The notes under the pieces were generated by a model. The model ran no database searches and was not told the DNA's origin. It saw nothing but the letters and a program-made list of their open reading frames with translations. A stretch of 64,000 nucleotides of DNA from Narcine bancroftii (Eukaryota): NCBI RefSeq assembly GCF_036971445.1, contig NC_091470.1, positions 182,032,001-182,096,000 of the forward strand. Reading direction: 5' to 3'. Shown one piece after another: positions 62,701 to 64,000 of this stretch. Each line of letters opens with the position of its first letter. The first letter of the stretch is position 1. The position numbers were made by a program, and so were the translations under genes.

Positions 62701-63940
62701 CCACCTGCTGTGTTTTCCGAACTGCTTGGGTTACCGAGGAATGGCAAAGGATTGAACAAGGCTGGCTGCGAATGCCCCCCCCCCCCTTGGCGCCAGCTGC
62801 AGCTGGGGGGAAATGTAGGATGGGCGATTGGCGACTTCCCGACTTCCGATCAGAGGACCCGCAAAGGCTGCGGGAGACTGGCTCATGCGAACTGGGATTC
62901 GAGAGCGTGCTGAGGGCAAGAAGGTCCCCTAAGTGCCTCGAGTGGTGAAGGCTTCCTGATCGTGTCAGAGGTTTGGATCTGGAGCTCTCTCCTGTTGTTT
63001 GGGTCCCCAGGCAATTTGTTGGCCAAAGTTGTAGTATATCATGTATATTACATTTTTAATGTCTTATTACATGGTAACGAAAGGAACCTTTGAACTCCGG
63101 CAAGGCTAACAGAGCTGGGAATTTTTCTGGCTTCCAAGCACCAGTCTGGGTCTTTTAAATCTCATGATTCCACATTCAAACCAACAGGGAGATTTACTTG
63201 GTAATATTCCAGCAGGGAGCTTTGCTTGGTAATATTCTAGCAGGGAGCTTTGCTTGGTAATATTCCAGCAGGGAGCTTTGCTTGGTAATATTCCAGCAGG
63301 GAGCTTTGCTTGGTAATATTCCAGCAGGGAGCTTTGCTTGGTAATATTCCAGCAGGGAGCTTTGCTTGGTAATATTCCAGCAGGGAGCTTTGCTTGGTAA
63401 TATTCCAGCAGGGAGCTTTGCTTGGTAATGTTCCAGCAGGGAGCTTTGCTTTGTAATATTCCAGCAGGCCCTTCAGCCCTCACTGTTGTAAACCTACTCC
63501 ACAATAATGAACCTTTCCCGACCTCTCAGCCATAACCCTCAATTTTTCTTGCCTCCAAGTGCCAATCTGGGACCTTTGAATGACCCCATTGTAAAGCCTC
63601 CACTATCACCCCTCAGCAACGCATTCCAGGCACCAACCACTGTTTTTTTAAAAAAAAAATCCCTGATGTCTCCCTTAAACTGCCCTCCGCTCACTTAAAT
63701 AGATGTCCTCTGGTGGCTGCCCACCCTATCTAAGCCCCTCATAACTTTATAAGCAATGGTGGCTTTTTCTTCTTTGGTTCCAGGTCAATTCCACAATGAA
63801 CATGTCGGGGACACACACTGTCAGTAGCTCTGATGACATCCAGTTGTCACTGGGGACGAGCCAAGGATTCCCCTATGCAGCAGGCACCACCACTTCCTCC
63901 TTGAGGCGGGTCTGTTCCATTTGTGGAGACCGCTCTTCAG
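59731..63940 (+). CDS. RXRB: Retinoid X receptor beta, 5' part; exons 59731-59749, 62170-62396, 63784-63940; continues beyond the window
   Basis: MCESNR|DSRSPDSSSMNSP..GSPFSVISSSMGSP..VSSPQ|VNST..RRVCSICGDRSS(G). DSRSPDSSS and SSSMGSP are RXR-beta N-terminal signatures, followed by the first zinc-finger CxxCGD. Phases 1/0/1 are consistent. Confidence 0.92.
61100..61630 (+). mobile_element. Rex1/Babar-like LINE 3' fragment in an RXRB intron
   Basis: ESVLAGCLTAWY.., IIKDPRH.., RLKNRCYPSTIRLLN, plus the shared 3' UTR. Confidence 0.7.
63185..63468. repeat. 28-bp minisatellite, about 10 copies (GCAGGGAGCTTTGCTTGGTAATATTCCA)
   Basis: Directly visible in RXRB intron 2. Confidence 0.95.
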
Positions 63941-64000
63941 GTGAGATCGGCTCAAGGGTTTCTATTGTTGCACGTAGGCTGAAGGATGACCAGATTCTTT

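Overview
Vertebrate genomic DNA, most likely from a cartilaginous fish such as a ray (inferred from the repeat families and the shark/ray-type TRIM sequence). The six-frame ORF track is mostly noise, because the real genes are spliced. Reading splice sites by hand gives, left to right: exon 1 of a divergent CALHM-family channel gene (-), a complete LSM2 (-, 5 exons, 95 aa), a RING/B-box/B30.2 TRIM pseudogene (-) broken up by CR1, L1 and hAT insertions with recognisable target-site duplications, HSD17B8 (+, 8 exons resolved, last exon uncertain), BBS10 (-, 2 coding exons, about 660 aa, with a 2.1-kb 32-bp minisatellite in its intron) and the 5' exons of RXRB (+). LSM2, HSD17B8 and RXRB are mammalian MHC-region framework genes, so this looks like part of a chondrichthyan MHC with a gene order unlike human: BBS10 rather than SLC39A7 is head-to-head with RXRB, and a CALHM-like gene lies beside LSM2. 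The rest is LINE, SINE and MITE debris. I found no CRISPR array or prokaryotic-type system. The best novelty candidates are the MHC-linked atypical CALHM, the gene order, and the paired 32-bp minisatellites around the BBS10/RXRB promoter.
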